A stretch of DNA of 64,000 bases, taken from contig CAWHAZ010000005.1 of the NCBI GenBank assembly GCA_963827475.1, positions 576,001 through 640,000 of the forward strand, read 5' to 3'. Under the pieces are notes generated by a model that was not told the DNA's origin, ran no database searches, and saw only the letters and a list, made by a program, of their open reading frames with translations. A program made the translations under genes and the position numbers. Shown here one piece after another: positions 51,913 through 63,243 of this stretch. Origin of the DNA: an uncultured Chloroflexia bacterium. GTDB taxonomy: Bacteria > Chloroflexota > Limnocylindria > QHBO01. Each line of letters starts with the position of its first letter. The first letter of the stretch is position 1.

Positions 51913-51993
51913 GGGCGAGTGGCGGAACGGCAGACGCGCCAGCTTTAGGAGCTGGTGTCGCAAGACGTGCGAGTTCGAATCTCGCCTCGCCCA
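51913..51993 (+). tRNA. tRNA-Leu (TAG)
   Basis: GGGCGAG/CTCGCCC acceptor stem, CCAGC-TTTAGGA-GCTGG, long variable arm; CCA not encoded directly; lies upstream of tig. Confidence 0.94.
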
Positions 51994-52026
51994 CACCAGA
52001 GGTCTCCCGCCCATGATGCCGAGGAC

Positions 52027-53382
52027 ATGATCACCGTCGCCACGCGCCCCGAGCCGGGCTCGAAGGTGCGTCTCGAGATCGAGGTCCCGGCCGACGAGGT
52101 GAACCGCCACTTCGAGACGGCGTACCGCCATCTCGCGGCCCGGACCCGCGTTCCGGGATTTCGTCCCGGCAAGGCGCCGCGCAACGTCATCGAGCGCTAC
52201 GTCGGGCGCGAGGCGGTGCTGGCGGAGGCGGTCGAGCATCTCGTCGGCGAGGGCTACGACGCGGCCGTCGACCAGACCGATCTCATCCCCATCGATCAGC
52301 CCGAAGTGGAGATCGACGCGACGACCGTGCGCGAGGGCGACCCGGCCCGCTTCGCGGCGGTGGTGGCGGTTCGGCCGACGGTGACCCTCGGCGCCTACAC
52401 CGACTACCCGTTCAGCCTCGAGGTCCCCCCGGTCACCGACGAGGACGTCGAGACCGTGGTCGGCGAGCTGCAGGGCCAGCAGGCTACCCTGCGCCCGGTC
52501 GACGACCGCGGCGTCGAGAAGGGCGACCTGGCCGCGGTCTCGTTCCGGGGCACGATCGACGGCGAGCCCTTCGATGGCGGCACGGCCGACCGCCTGCCCC
52601 TGGTCGTGGGCGAGGACCGCATGATTCCGGGCTGGGAGGATCAGCTCATCGGTGTGCGGGTGGGCGAGTCGCGCGAGTTCGACCTGCCGTTCCCGGACGA
52701 CTATCGGGTCGAGACGCTGGCCGGCAAGACCGCACACTTCGAGGTGACGGTGGGAGACCTGCGCGAGCGGATCCTGCCCGAGCTGGACGACGCGTTCGCG
52801 GCCTCGGTCGGCGACGGGCAGACGATGGACGAGCTGCGCGCGGAGATCCGCGACGCCCTCGAGCGGCGAGCGGCGGCGGAGGGCCGGCACCAGCTCGGCG
52901 ACCGGATCATCGACTTCGCGACCGCCAACGCGACTGTCGAGCTGCCCGAGGTGATGATCGCGAACGAGGTCGCGATCATGCGCGACGAGCTGCGCTCGCG
53001 GCTGGCGGAGCAGCAGATCGGAATCGATCGGTACCTCGAGCTCGCTCGCCAGACCCCGGAGGAGCTCATGGCCGAGCTGCGCGAGCCGGCCAGCCAGCGG
53101 GTGAAGACCCTGCTCGTCCTGACTGCCATCGCCGAGCAGGAGGGGATCGACGCGTCCGATGCCGAGATCGACGCCGAGGTCGAGCGGCAGCTGGCGGCCT
53201 ATCCCGACGAGCCGCGCCTGCGCGAATACCTCACGTCCCGTCGCGGTCGGTCATACCTGCGGATGACGCTCCGGAACCGTACACTCGTCGACAGCCTCAT
53301 CAACCGGGCCGCCCCACCGGCAGACGGAGCCGAACCGGCTCCCGGCGAACCCGAGCCCGAACCCGAATCCAGCGCGGAGTGA
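52027..53382 (+). CDS. tig: Trigger factor
   Basis: [10 protein letters not shown] ribosome-binding motif, FKBP domain, tig-clpP-clpX order. Confidence 0.96.
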   Translation: MITVATRPEPGSKVRLEIEVPADEVNRHFETAYRHLAARTRVPGFRPGKAPRNVIERYVGREAVLAEAVEHLVGEGYDAAVDQTDLIPIDQPEVEIDATTVREGDPARFAAVVAVRPTVTLGAYTDYPFSLEVPPVTDEDVETVVGELQGQQATLRPVDDRGVEKGDLAAVSFRGTIDGEPFDGGTADRLPLVVGEDRMIPGWEDQLIGVRVGESREFDLPFPDDYRVETLAGKTAHFEVTVGDLRERILPELDDAFAASVGDGQTMDELRAEIRDALERRAAAEGRHQLGDRIIDFATANATVELPEVMIANEVAIMRDELRSRLAEQQIGIDRYLELARQTPEELMAELREPASQRVKTLLVLTAIAEQEGIDASDAEIDAEVERQLAAYPDEPRLREYLTSRRGRSYLRMTLRNRTLVDSLINRAAPPADGAEPAPGEPEPEPESSAE

Positions 53383-53387
53383 ACCAG

Positions 53388-54056
53388 ATGCTCGTCCCCA
53401 TGGTCATCGAGAGCAGCGCCCGTGGAGAGCGCGCCTTCGACATCTACTCGCGGCTGCTCAAGGAGCGGATCGTCTTCCTCGGCGAGCCGATCGAGGACCA
53501 CGTCGCCAACCTGATCATCGCCCAGCTCCTGTTCCTCGAGAGCGAGGACCAGGACAAGGACATCATGCTGTACATCAACTCGCCGGGCGGGATCGTGACC
53601 AGCGGGCTGGCCATCTACGACACGATGCAGTACCTCAAGGCCCCGGTCAGCACCATCTGCATCGGTCAGGCGGCGAGCATGGGAGCCGTCCTGCTGGCGG
53701 CCGGGGCCAAGGGCAAGCGCTTCGCATTGCCGAACTCGCGGATCATGCTGCACCAGGGATCGGGCGGCTTCCGGGGCAACACCCCGGACGTCGAGATCCA
53801 GGTCAAGGAGATGCTGACTCTCACCGACCGCCTGATGCGGATCCTCGGCGAGCACACCGGCCAAGACTTCGAGAAGGTGAAGAAGGACGCGGACCGCGAC
53901 TACTTCATGAGCTCCGAGGAGGCGAAGGCCTACGGCATCATCGACGCGGTGTTCGAGGGGGCGGGGGAGTCGCTGATCAGCATGAAGCAGGCGGCCGGGG
54001 GCACCGTGCCCACCGCCAAGGAAGCCGCCGCCGCGGACGCGCGCGCCAAGAAGTAG
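53388..54056 (+). CDS. clpP: ATP-dependent Clp protease proteolytic subunit
   Basis: [28 protein letters not shown]. Confidence 0.97.
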   Translation: MLVPMVIESSARGERAFDIYSRLLKERIVFLGEPIEDHVANLIIAQLLFLESEDQDKDIMLYINSPGGIVTSGLAIYDTMQYLKAPVSTICIGQAASMGAVLLAAGAKGKRFALPNSRIMLHQGSGGFRGNTPDVEIQVKEMLTLTDRLMRILGEHTGQDFEKVKKDADRDYFMSSEEAKAYGIIDAVFEGAGESLISMKQAAGGTVPTAKEAAAADARAKK

Positions 54057-54120
54057 CCCGGCCTCCGGACCATCGGTCGATGGCGGAATCTGATCGGGCC
54101 CGTGCTATCCTCGGCCGGCG

Positions 54121-55428
54121 ATGACGACCAAGACCAAGGCTCCATACCGCTGCTCGTTCTGCGGGAAGAGCCAGGAGCAGGTCCGCAAGCTGATCGCCGG
54201 CCAGGGCGTGTACATCTGCGACGAGTGCATCAACCTGTGCCAGGAGATCATCGACGAGGAGATGGCCGAGGCGCCTCGCGCCAGCCGGACCCCGCCGCCC
54301 CCGCTGCCCAGCCCGCGGAAGATCAAGGAAGCGCTGGACCAGTACGTCATCAGCCAGGACGCGGCCAAGAAGGTCCTGTCGGTGGCGGTCTACAACCATT
54401 ACAAGCGAGTCAACGCCGGGTCGGCGGTTGACGACGTCGAGCTGGGCAAGAGCAACGTCCTGCTGGTCGGGCCAACCGGCTCGGGCAAGACCCTCCTGGC
54501 CCAGACCCTGGCCCGGGTCCTCGACGTCCCGTTCTGCATCGCCGACGCCACCAGCCTGACCGAGGCCGGCTACGTCGGGGAGGACGTCGAGAACATCCTC
54601 CTCCGCCTCATCCAGGCCGCGGACTTCGACGTCCAGCGCGCGCAGCGGGGGATCGTGTACGTCGACGAGATCGACAAGATCGCGCGCAAGACCGACAACC
54701 CGTCGATCACCCGTGACGTGTCCGGCGAGGGCGTCCAGCAGGCCCTGCTGAAGATCCTCGAGGGGACGGTCGCCAACGTTCCGCCCCAGGGCGGCCGGAA
54801 GCATCCGCACCAGGACTTCATCCAGATCGACACCACGAACATCCTGTTCATCTGCGGCGGGGCGTTCGAGGGGTTGGAGCGGATCGTCGAGGAGCGGGTC
54901 GGCCGACGGGGGATCGGATTCGGCTCGGAAGCGCAGCGCGACCCCGACCAGCGGCGGCTGCTCCTCGAGCAGCTGATGCCCGACGACCTGCTGCGCTACG
55001 GGCTCATTCCCGAGTTCGTCGGCCGCATGCCGGTGGTCGTGAGCCTCTCCGCCCTGTCGCGCGACGACCTGGTCAAGGTCCTCACCGAGCCGAAGAACGC
55101 GGTCGTCAGGCAGTTCGCGAAGTTCCTGTCCCTCGACCGCGTCGAGCTGGTATTCACCGATGACGCGCTGGAGGCGACGGCCCGGATGGCCACCGAGCGC
55201 AAGACCGGCGCCCGCGCCCTGCGGACCATCGTCGAGGAGGCCCTGCTCGAGGTGATGTACGACATTCCCGAACGGACCGATGTGACCAAGGTCGTCATCA
55301 CCGCCGACACGATCGAGCATGGGCGACCGCCGATGCTCGTGACCGAGACCGATGACACCGCTCCGCGCCGCCGCGGCAGCCGCGCCCGCGAGGACTCCCC
55401 CCGCGAGGAGGTCCGCCTGACCGCCTGA
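54121..55428 (+). CDS. clpX: Clp protease ATP-binding subunit ClpX
   Basis: CSFCGK..CDEC zinc finger, [23 protein letters not shown] loop. Confidence 0.98.
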   Translation: MTTKTKAPYRCSFCGKSQEQVRKLIAGQGVYICDECINLCQEIIDEEMAEAPRASRTPPPPLPSPRKIKEALDQYVISQDAAKKVLSVAVYNHYKRVNAGSAVDDVELGKSNVLLVGPTGSGKTLLAQTLARVLDVPFCIADATSLTEAGYVGEDVENILLRLIQAADFDVQRAQRGIVYVDEIDKIARKTDNPSITRDVSGEGVQQALLKILEGTVANVPPQGGRKHPHQDFIQIDTTNILFICGGAFEGLERIVEERVGRRGIGFGSEAQRDPDQRRLLLEQLMPDDLLRYGLIPEFVGRMPVVVSLSALSRDDLVKVLTEPKNAVVRQFAKFLSLDRVELVFTDDALEATARMATERKTGARALRTIVEEALLEVMYDIPERTDVTKVVITADTIEHGRPPMLVTETDDTAPRRRGSRAREDSPREEVRLTA

Positions 55429-55519
55429 CCGATGTGGCCGCGCGGTGGTACCACCGTTCGGCCGGTCCGGTACGACCGGGCGGGCGGGTTTGGTCGGGTT
55501 AGGGGACTAGGATGCCCTC

Positions 55520-56707
55520 ATGCCGGGGATCGAGCCGGCCATGGGAGACAGGGTCATGACGGCAACTCAGGGGCGCCAGGGAATACTCGGTCGGTGGGGC
55601 GCCGAGGCGGAGCCGTCCAAGGAAGGGCAGCGAGCAGACGCGGACATGACTGAGTCAGTCGAAACCGGCGCGGCCGAGACGGCCGTCGACCCGGCTGCCG
55701 GCGTCGAGCCGTCGGATCAGTTCCTCAGTTCGCTCACCGCGGCCATGCGGCGGGTGGCCGATGATGCCCGCGAGACAAGCCTCGCTGACGCGCGGGCCGC
55801 CATCGCGGCCAAGATCGCCGCCATGCGGGCCACGGCCACGGCGCGCGCAGACGAGCTGCGCACCCGTGCCGAACAGGACGTGACCGGGATCGGGGACTGG
55901 TCGCGCGCCGAGATCGTGCGCATCGAGGCCGAAACCCAGCGCAAGGTCGAGCAGCGCCGGGCGCAGCTGGCCGAACAGCTCGACGAGCACGACCGCCGCT
56001 CATCGTCCGAGATCGCGGCCCTCGAGGCCCAGGTCGAGCAGTACGAGGGCGAGCTCGCCCTGTTCTTCGCCCAGCTGGGCGAGATCACTGATCCGGATAC
56101 CTTCATCTCGGCCGCGCGCCGGATGCCGCGTCTGCCGCAGGCCGATGTCGACGCCGATCGCCCGTCGGACGGCGAGGCGGCCGATGCGGCCGAGGCAGCC
56201 GCCGCCGAGGGGCACCAGGAGCGGATGCGCGACCTGGGCATCGATCGCAACGGTGACACCGATCTCGCGGAGAGCGAGGCGAACCCGACCAACGGCACCG
56301 GACCCGAGGCCGAAGCCGACGCTGCGGCCGGTGGCGCGCTCGCCGAGGCGGCCGTCGACGAGGCGCCGACCGCTGACGCGTCCCCGACCGAGGCCCCGCA
56401 GCGTGCTGCACCGGTCCCGGAGACCCCGTCGGTCCTCGGCGACGCGACCCTCGACACCAGCACGACGATCGCGGCCGTGGGCCTCGGCAGCTTCGGAGCG
56501 GTGACCACCTTCAAGACCGCCCTGGAGAAGGCCGACGGCGTGACCGCCGTGCGTCTCAGCCTCGGCTCCGGCGGGGAGTTCATGTACACCGTGACCCACC
56601 GTCCCGACCTCGACATCGGGGAGGTGGCGACCGCCGCCGTGCCCGGCGCCACCGTCCAGCGGGGCGCCGACGGCGTGGTCCAGCTGAGCGCCGGCAAGAA
56701 GCGCTGA
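55520..56707 (+). CDS. Hypothetical coiled-coil/acidic protein
   Basis: Long ORF with host-like codon usage; heptad region, acidic linker, small alpha/beta C-terminal domain. Confidence 0.7.
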   Translation: MPGIEPAMGDRVMTATQGRQGILGRWGAEAEPSKEGQRADADMTESVETGAAETAVDPAAGVEPSDQFLSSLTAAMRRVADDARETSLADARAAIAAKIAAMRATATARADELRTRAEQDVTGIGDWSRAEIVRIEAETQRKVEQRRAQLAEQLDEHDRRSSSEIAALEAQVEQYEGELALFFAQLGEITDPDTFISAARRMPRLPQADVDADRPSDGEAADAAEAAAAEGHQERMRDLGIDRNGDTDLAESEANPTNGTGPEAEADAAAGGALAEAAVDEAPTADASPTEAPQRAAPVPETPSVLGDATLDTSTTIAAVGLGSFGAVTTFKTALEKADGVTAVRLSLGSGGEFMYTVTHRPDLDIGEVATAAVPGATVQRGADGVVQLSAGKKR

Positions 56708-56734
56708 GGCATCCGAGGGGGTAGACTCCGCCCA

Positions 56735-56950
56735 TCGGCGCCGACCGTGAGGAGTAGCCCTCCACCGGCCGACAGAGACGCGGGTCCCGGCTGAGAGCCC
56801 GCTTCGGCACGCGAGGGCGAAGGTCGCACGGGAGCCGGTCGGGTTCCGCCCGATATCGCGGGAAGAGGGTGCCGGTGGTGAATGCCAACGGCGCCGAACG
56901 AAGGTGGTACCACGGGCCCGCTCGTCCTTCGACGAGCGGGCTGGTTGTTT
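56735..56950 (+). promoter_or_regulatory. T-box riboswitch (Val) with intrinsic terminator
   Basis: AGAGA/GCTGAGA stem I motifs, GTC specifier at 56823, AAGGTGGTACCACG at 56901, terminator GCCCGCTCGTC-CTTC-GACGAGCGGGC followed by a T-rich tail. Confidence 0.88.
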
Positions 56951-56969
56951 GTCCGGAGGAATCGGTCAG

Positions 56970-59663
56970 ATGGCGGACGAGAGACCGGAGCTGACTTCGC
57001 GGTACACGCCCGGGTCGGTCGAGCCGCGGATCTACGAGCGCTGGCTCGAAAGCGGCGCGTTCACGCCGGCCGCCGATGCGCCGGCCGGTGCGGATCGGTT
57101 CGTGATCACCATGCCGCCGCCCAATGTCACTGGGTCGCTCCACACCGGCCACGCCCTGTTCGTGACGGCCGAGGACATCATCGTCCGCTACCACCGCATG
57201 CGTGGCGACGACACGCTCTGGGTGCCGGGCGTGGACCATGCCTCGATCGGGGCCCAGTTCGTGCTCGACAAGATGCTCGCCGCGGAGGGCCTCGACCGCG
57301 CCTCGCTCGGCCGGGAGGCGTACCTCGAGCGGATGTGGGCCTTCATGAACGAGACCCGAGAGCTCATCTCGCTCCAGCTGCGCCGGCTGGGCGCCAGCGC
57401 GGACTGGACGCGGAACCGGTTCACGATGGACGCCGGCAGTGCCCGGGCGGTGCGCGTCGCGTTCAAGCGGCTGTGGGACGCGGGCTACGTGTACCGGGGG
57501 GAGGCCCTGGTCAATTGGTGCCCGCGCTGCGGGACGACGATCAGCGACCTGGAAAACGTCCATCGCGACCAGGTCGGCACGCTGTGGACCATCCGCTACC
57601 ATCTCGCCGCACCGGATGGCACCGCTCAGCCGGACGCGTGGGTGGCGGTGGCCACCACCCGTCCCGAGACGCTGCTCGGCGACGTGGCGGTCGCGGTCCA
57701 CCCCGAGGACGACCGGTACCGCGACCTGGTCGGCCGGGAGGCGATCCTGCCCTTCCTCGGCCGCCGGCTGCCGGTCATCGCCGACGACGCGGTGGATCCG
57801 AGCTTTGGGACGGGGGCGGTCAAGATCACCCCGGCCCACGACCCGGATGACTACGAGACCGGCAAGCGGCATGGGCTGACGCCGATCTCGGTCCTCGACG
57901 AGGAGGCCCGGATCAACGAGGCGGGCGGAGAGTTCGCCGGGCTGGATCGGTTCGAGGCGCGCCGCCGGATCGTGGAGCGGCTCCGCGAGCTGGGCGACCT
58001 CGAATCGGAAGTGTCGCACCAGATGGTCGTTGGTCACTGCGAGCGGTGCGGAACGGTGGTCGAGCCGCGGCTCTCCGTGCAGTGGTTCATCCGGACCACG
58101 GACCTGGCTGCCCGGGCCCTGGCATCGGTCCGGGAGGGCCGAACCACGATCGTGCCTGCCCGCTTCGAGAAGGTGTACGCGCACTGGATGGAGAACATCC
58201 GCGACTGGGCGGTGGGCCGCCAGCTGTGGTGGGGCCATCGCATCCCGGCCTGGTTCTGCCCCGACGAGCACATCACCGTCAGCGACCAGCCCGAAGGTCC
58301 GGCGTCCTGCGCGACCTGCGGCCGTCCCGCCGCCGAGCTGGTCCAGGAGTCGGACATCTTCGACACCTGGTTCAGCAGCGGGCTGTGGCCCTTCTCCACG
58401 CTCGGCTGGCCCGACGACACCCCGGACCTGCGCCGGTTCTACCCGACCTCGGTCATGGAGACCGGCTACGACATCCTGTTCTTCTGGGTCGCCCGGATGA
58501 TGATGCTCGGCCTGTTCCTGACCGATGTCGAGCCGTTCCACACCGTGTACCTCCACGGCCTGGTCCGCGCCCAGGGCGGGGTCAAGATGAGCAAGACCAA
58601 GGGCAACGTCACCGATCCGGTCGAGCTCATCGACGAGATCGGGGCCGATGCGGTGCGCCTGGCACTGACCACCGGCACATCGCCGGGGGCGGACCAGCGG
58701 CTGACCATGGCCAAGCTCGATCGGTCGCGGAACTTCGCCAACAAGCTGTGGAACGCCGCGCGGTTCGTGATCGCCCGAGAGCCAACCGAGGGTGGGACCG
58801 GCGGGTCGGAAGACTCCGCCGGTTCCGAAACGCTGCCCGAGCAATGGATCCGCTCCCGCCTGGCGGCCACCATCGCGGACGCCACCCGACGGCTCGACCG
58901 CCTCGACCTGGGTGGGTACGCCGGGCTGGTGATGGAGTTCGCGTGGAGCGACCTGTGCGACTGGTATCTCGAGATGGCGAAGATCGAGCTCCGAGACCCG
59001 GAGCGGGCGGCAGGGGCTCGACGGGTGTGGCAGACCGGGCTCGAGGTCCTCACCGACACGATGCGCCTCCTCCACCCGGTCATGCCGTTCGTGACCGAGG
59101 AGATCTGGGCCGCGCTGCCGGCGGCCGGACCGCGAGACCAGAACGCCGACGAGCGGCCGCTGCTCATCAGCGCCCCATGGCCGGTTGCCGGGACCCGGGA
59201 CCGGGGGGCCGAGGCGGCGTTCGACGCCCTGGCCGAGGTCATCCGCGCGGCCAGGAACCTGCGGACGGAGGCCGGCCTGCCGGCCGCGAAGACGGTCAGC
59301 CTCCACATCGCGCCGTCGAGCGCGGACGCCGCGACCGCGATCGAGGCCGGGCGGAGATACCTGGAGCCGCTCGCTCGGGTCCGGTCCGAGATCGCGGCAT
59401 CCGGCGCCATGGCCCCAACCGGGGCGACCGCGACCGCCCTCGGCGCCATCTGGCTGGGCGCGGAGGCTGCGGCCGATCCCGTCCCCGGGCACCGGGACCG
59501 GATCGAGGAGCTCCGCCGCAACCGGGACCGGGTGCAGGCGCTGCTTGCCGACCCGGCGTTCACCGGACGAGCTCCGGAGGCCGTGGTGCAGCGCGAGCGG
59601 GATCGGCTGGCGGACATCGAGGAGCGGCTCCGCCAAGTCGGTGATTCGGTGGGGCCGGGGTAG
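56970..59663 (+). CDS. valS: Valine--tRNA ligase
   Basis: PPPNVTGSLHTGH, GTGAVKITPAHD, RQLWWGHRIP, DTWFSS, KMSKTKGN, C-terminal coiled coil. Confidence 0.97.
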   Translation: MADERPELTSRYTPGSVEPRIYERWLESGAFTPAADAPAGADRFVITMPPPNVTGSLHTGHALFVTAEDIIVRYHRMRGDDTLWVPGVDHASIGAQFVLDKMLAAEGLDRASLGREAYLERMWAFMNETRELISLQLRRLGASADWTRNRFTMDAGSARAVRVAFKRLWDAGYVYRGEALVNWCPRCGTTISDLENVHRDQVGTLWTIRYHLAAPDGTAQPDAWVAVATTRPETLLGDVAVAVHPEDDRYRDLVGREAILPFLGRRLPVIADDAVDPSFGTGAVKITPAHDPDDYETGKRHGLTPISVLDEEARINEAGGEFAGLDRFEARRRIVERLRELGDLESEVSHQMVVGHCERCGTVVEPRLSVQWFIRTTDLAARALASVREGRTTIVPARFEKVYAHWMENIRDWAVGRQLWWGHRIPAWFCPDEHITVSDQPEGPASCATCGRPAAELVQESDIFDTWFSSGLWPFSTLGWPDDTPDLRRFYPTSVMETGYDILFFWVARMMMLGLFLTDVEPFHTVYLHGLVRAQGGVKMSKTKGNVTDPVELIDEIGADAVRLALTTGTSPGADQRLTMAKLDRSRNFANKLWNAARFVIAREPTEGGTGGSEDSAGSETLPEQWIRSRLAATIADATRRLDRLDLGGYAGLVMEFAWSDLCDWYLEMAKIELRDPERAAGARRVWQTGLEVLTDTMRLLHPVMPFVTEEIWAALPAAGPRDQNADERPLLISAPWPVAGTRDRGAEAAFDALAEVIRAARNLRTEAGLPAAKTVSLHIAPSSADAATAIEAGRRYLEPLARVRSEIAASGAMAPTGATATALGAIWLGAEAAADPVPGHRDRIEELRRNRDRVQALLADPAFTGRAPEAVVQRERDRLADIEERLRQVGDSVGPG

Positions 59664-59673
59664 AATCGCCGCC

Positions 59674-60399
59674 GTGGGATTCTTTCGCCGTCGCAAGCCA
59701 GATGAGGCGCCCGAGCCGGCTCCCGAGGCGAGTTTCGCCGCGGTCGTTGGCCGCCAGTACGCGCTGAACCTGGCCTACCTCGCCCGGAGTGGGGACGCGA
59801 TTCGCCTCTCCCCTGGGCCGGACGTCCTCACCAGCCTGCCGCGGATCGTGGAGCCATTGACCCTGGACGGCGTCGAGGTCGTCTCCCCGCTGCCCCTCGA
59901 GCTCGCCTCCGCCACACCGGCCATCGAGCGGATCAATGACCTCGAGCAGTGGATCCTCGCCCGACGTCATGCCAGCCCGGTGACCCGACACGCGCTCCAC
60001 GTCCTCGAGCAGACCGAAGCGATCGACATGACCATCGACACCCTCATCTGCGGCCTGCTCCACGGCGAGACCGATACGACCGGCTATCCGACCTTCGATG
60101 CCATCAGCGGCGGCCTGGCAAGCCACTTCGACGACCTCACCGGCGAGCTCATCGTGCGGGCCGTGGTCGGCTGGGGCGGCAAGGGCCAGCGCGGGGACAC
60201 CGAGCGCATCGGTACCAAGCTCGTCAGCAACCTCCAGCAGCAGATCATGGCGTCCGGGCTCCGGGTTGGCGCTGCTGACGCCCCGGTTCGCGGTCACGGG
60301 GGCGAGGGGCGGGTCTGCGGCCATTGCGGCTTCGACTCGACCGGCACCGGCGCGTTCTACTGTCCCAAGTGCGGGATGCGGCTCGGCGGAACGGCGTAG
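59674..60399 (+). CDS. Hypothetical protein with C-terminal zinc ribbon
   Basis: GTG start after TAGAAT; CGHCG..YCPKCG. Confidence 0.75.
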   Translation: MGFFRRRKPDEAPEPAPEASFAAVVGRQYALNLAYLARSGDAIRLSPGPDVLTSLPRIVEPLTLDGVEVVSPLPLELASATPAIERINDLEQWILARRHASPVTRHALHVLEQTEAIDMTIDTLICGLLHGETDTTGYPTFDAISGGLASHFDDLTGELIVRAVVGWGGKGQRGDTERIGTKLVSNLQQQIMASGLRVGAADAPVRGHGGEGRVCGHCGFDSTGTGAFYCPKCGMRLGGTA

Positions 60400-60481
60400 C
60401 TATCGGTACATTCGTCCCATTGTCCGTTAGCCCCCACGGCATGGAGACTGGTGCCCCGAGTCACCGCATCAAAGGGCACCC

Positions 60482-61711
60482 ATGGAACGACCCCGAGTTC
60501 TGCTTGCCGCACATGACGATGCCGAACCGATCGCCCACGCCCTGGCACGGGCGGGCTTCGAGGTCATCGGCAGTGAAGAGGCGTTCGAGGCCATCCTCAT
60601 CGAGGGCCACAAGCCCGACATGGCGGTCATCGACGCCGACCTGGCGCAGAGCACCGTCCGGCGGGTCCACCGCCGGCTGAACGAGAACGGACCCGTTCCC
60701 GCCCTCATTCTTCTCGGCGACGAGAACGGGGACCTCGACGACGTGTGGCAGGTGAGCGACGAGTTCGTCGTCAAGCCGGCCCTTCCCGACGCACTCGTGT
60801 ACCGGCTGCAGGCGCTCCTCATCCGGTCTGGCGCGACGAACGCGCCGCCGCCGACGGTCGAGGAGGAGGCCCCGGTCATGATCGGCGCCCACGATCCGAC
60901 CCGGGCCCGAGTGGTAGCGGTCTTCGCGCCGAAGGGCGGCGTGGGCAAGACGACCGTGGCCGTGAACCTGGCGGTCGCGCTGAAGCTCCAGACCCGTCAA
61001 TCGGTCCTGCTGCTCGACGCCGATGCCGGCGTGGGCAACGTGACCGCGGTCATCGACGTGCCGGCACGGCGCGGCCTGGCCGACATCGCGGACAGCCCGC
61101 CCGAGCACTGGGATGACGAGGCTTTCCGGGCGATGGTGGTGACGCACGAGGACAGTGCCCTGGACGTGCTGACCTGGGGATTCGAGCCGGGAGACGCGGA
61201 GCGGATCGGGCCGGACCTGCTGATTGCCGCGGTCCGCTGGGCGCGCCAGCACTACGACATCATCATCGTCGATACCCATCCGGGCTACGACGACCGCACG
61301 GTCGCCATGCTGTCGATCGCCAACGAGATCCTGCTCACCGTCACCCCCGAGGTCGGGCCGCTGCGGAACAGCGCCCAGTTCCTCCACCTGGCGCACGAGC
61401 TGGGCATCGACGACACGATCCGGGTGGTGGCCAACCGCTCGAACCATGGGGTGGCCATCCGCGACATGGAGAGCGCGCTCGGGCGGCCGGTGATCGCGAC
61501 CATCGTGTCCGCGGGCGCCACCGCGGTCATGGCCGCCAACTCGGGCACGCCGCTCATCCTTCGCTTCCCGAAAGAGCGGATCACCGCCGACATCTATCGC
61601 CTCGCCCGGGTCGTGGCCGGCACCGAGGAGCCGCGGGGCGTCGCCCAGACCGAGCGACGTCGCTGGTCGTTCGCCACCCTGCTGCGAGCCGGAGACGCGG
61701 CCCCCAACTGA
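60482..61711 (+). CDS. Receiver domain + MinD/ParA ATPase (CpaE/TadZ-like)
   Basis: N-terminal REC fold (VIDAD, KP), KGGVGKTT, IIVDT, VVANR. Confidence 0.82.
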   Translation: MERPRVLLAAHDDAEPIAHALARAGFEVIGSEEAFEAILIEGHKPDMAVIDADLAQSTVRRVHRRLNENGPVPALILLGDENGDLDDVWQVSDEFVVKPALPDALVYRLQALLIRSGATNAPPPTVEEEAPVMIGAHDPTRARVVAVFAPKGGVGKTTVAVNLAVALKLQTRQSVLLLDADAGVGNVTAVIDVPARRGLADIADSPPEHWDDEAFRAMVVTHEDSALDVLTWGFEPGDAERIGPDLLIAAVRWARQHYDIIIVDTHPGYDDRTVAMLSIANEILLTVTPEVGPLRNSAQFLHLAHELGIDDTIRVVANRSNHGVAIRDMESALGRPVIATIVSAGATAVMAANSGTPLILRFPKERITADIYRLARVVAGTEEPRGVAQTERRRWSFATLLRAGDAAPN

Positions 61712-61752
61712 GCGTTGCCCTCGCAGGAGCGTCCTGCGATCATCCGGCGACC

Positions 61753-62061
61753 GTGCCGACCTACGACTACCGCTGCCGCGAGTGCGGCCACACCATCGAG
61801 ATCATGCACTCGATCCTCGACGACGGCCCGGATGCCTGCGAGCGGTGTCGGGGACCGGTGGACCGGGTCCTGCACGCGGCCGGGCTGATCTTCCGGGGGA
61901 GTGGGTTCTACGTCACCGATTCTCGACGGTCGAGCGGGAGCTCCGAGGCGTCGGGTGATGGCGGGGGTGGATCGGACGGACCCCCGAAGACGAGCCCGAA
62001 GGCCGCGGACTCGAGCGCACCGAAGGAGACGAGCGGCGGATCCGGCAGCGGATCCGACTGA
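61753..62061 (+). CDS. FmdB family zinc ribbon protein
   Basis: MPTYDYRCRECG..CERC..FRGSGFYVTD. Confidence 0.92.
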   Translation: MPTYDYRCRECGHTIEIMHSILDDGPDACERCRGPVDRVLHAAGLIFRGSGFYVTDSRRSSGSSEASGDGGGGSDGPPKTSPKAADSSAPKETSGGSGSGSD

Positions 62062-63128
62062 TCAGGCGCTCAGGGTCTGGGGGGCGCCGCAGCGGCGGCA
62101 GAAGCGGGCGGTGGCCGACACGGTCAGGCCGCACGCCCCGCACGGACGGACTGAGGCCCGCTGGGACCCGGACTCGAGGTACCGGGTCGAGGCATCCCAC
62201 ACCGCGGCGAGCGCGGCGCTGTTCGCCGCCGAGCCGGCTCCGCTCGACCGGTAGGGAAGCGCCTCTCGCTGGCCGATCGACACCGTGCCCTCGCCCGGAT
62301 CGTCGATGCCGAGGCTGTCGAGCTGGGAGCGGCGCGCCGCCAGGCTCTCCGGCACCGGCTCGGCGCTGGTTGGGGGGCGGGGAACGAGCGGCCCGCGGAT
62401 GAAGGTGTCGCGGAGGTCCCGCTTCGGCCCGGTCGGGATCGGCGGCTCGAGGGGCGTCGGCGGCTCGGGCTCGACCTCGGCCGACGCGGCGATCGGCTCC
62501 TCCATCGGCTCCTCGACGACCACGTCCGGTGCCTCCGCCGCGACCTGCTCGGCCTCTCCGGCTTCCTCGGCCTCCTCCGCCTCGGCGTCCTCCGCTCGGC
62601 CGCGATTGGTTCCGGCGCGGGCTCCTCGGTCGGGGCCTCTCCGGCCACGGCCGCGATCTCGTCCTGGCTGGGCCAGGCGAGCGTGGGGGGCACGCCCTCC
62701 TCCGCCGGCCAGACGGGCGCCTCCGCCGAGGTCAGCAGCGGTGTCTCGTCCACGGGCTCGGCGAAGAGCGGCGGCGCCAGGATCCGCTCGTCGAACCCGG
62801 CCAGGTCGTCGATGCCCGCCACCGGCACGCACGAGCGGCACCGGCCGGCGTCGTCGTTCCAGCAGCTCACGCAGGTGTAGCGGCGGCAGTCGAAGCAGAA
62901 GTTGAACGTTTCCTGGAAGGCGTCGATCTGCCTGGCGGCGACCTGCTCCTCCTCGGCGCGCATCCCGTCGCTGAGGGAGTCCGACAGGCTGTCCTGGCTC
63001 ATGATGAACTGGCGCAGCCCGGTCACCACGCCACGCGTCTTCTGGGTGCGCGACATCGGCTCGGGCGTGCCGAGCTCGAAGCGCGTGCCGCAGCGCTCGC
63101 AGAAGGATTCGGTCAGCAGTTCAGTCAT
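62062..63128 (-). CDS. Cys-rich zinc-ribbon hypothetical protein (frameshift near 62610)
   Basis: N-terminal FCERCG, FCFDC..CVSC..CRSC; C-terminal CGAC..FCRRCG lies in the 62062 frame. Confidence 0.7.
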
Positions 63129-63243
63129 GCATCAGGACCCGACAGGGCGGGGTAGAAAGTATAGCCACGGCCTCTTGGCAGGCCCGATCGGGCCAAAGTA
63201 CCGCGACGGGCGCCGTTCGTACCCCATGCTAGGATCGCTGGCC

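Noticed and set aside
10576-51993. Islands at tRNA-Arg, tRNA-Lys or tRNA-Leu
   Set aside because: No duplicated 3' tRNA fragments or integrases were seen, and the flanking genes look native.
55443-55456. Palindrome CGGTGGTACCACCG resembling a T-box core
   Set aside because: There is no stem I, specifier or terminator, and no room for them after clpX.
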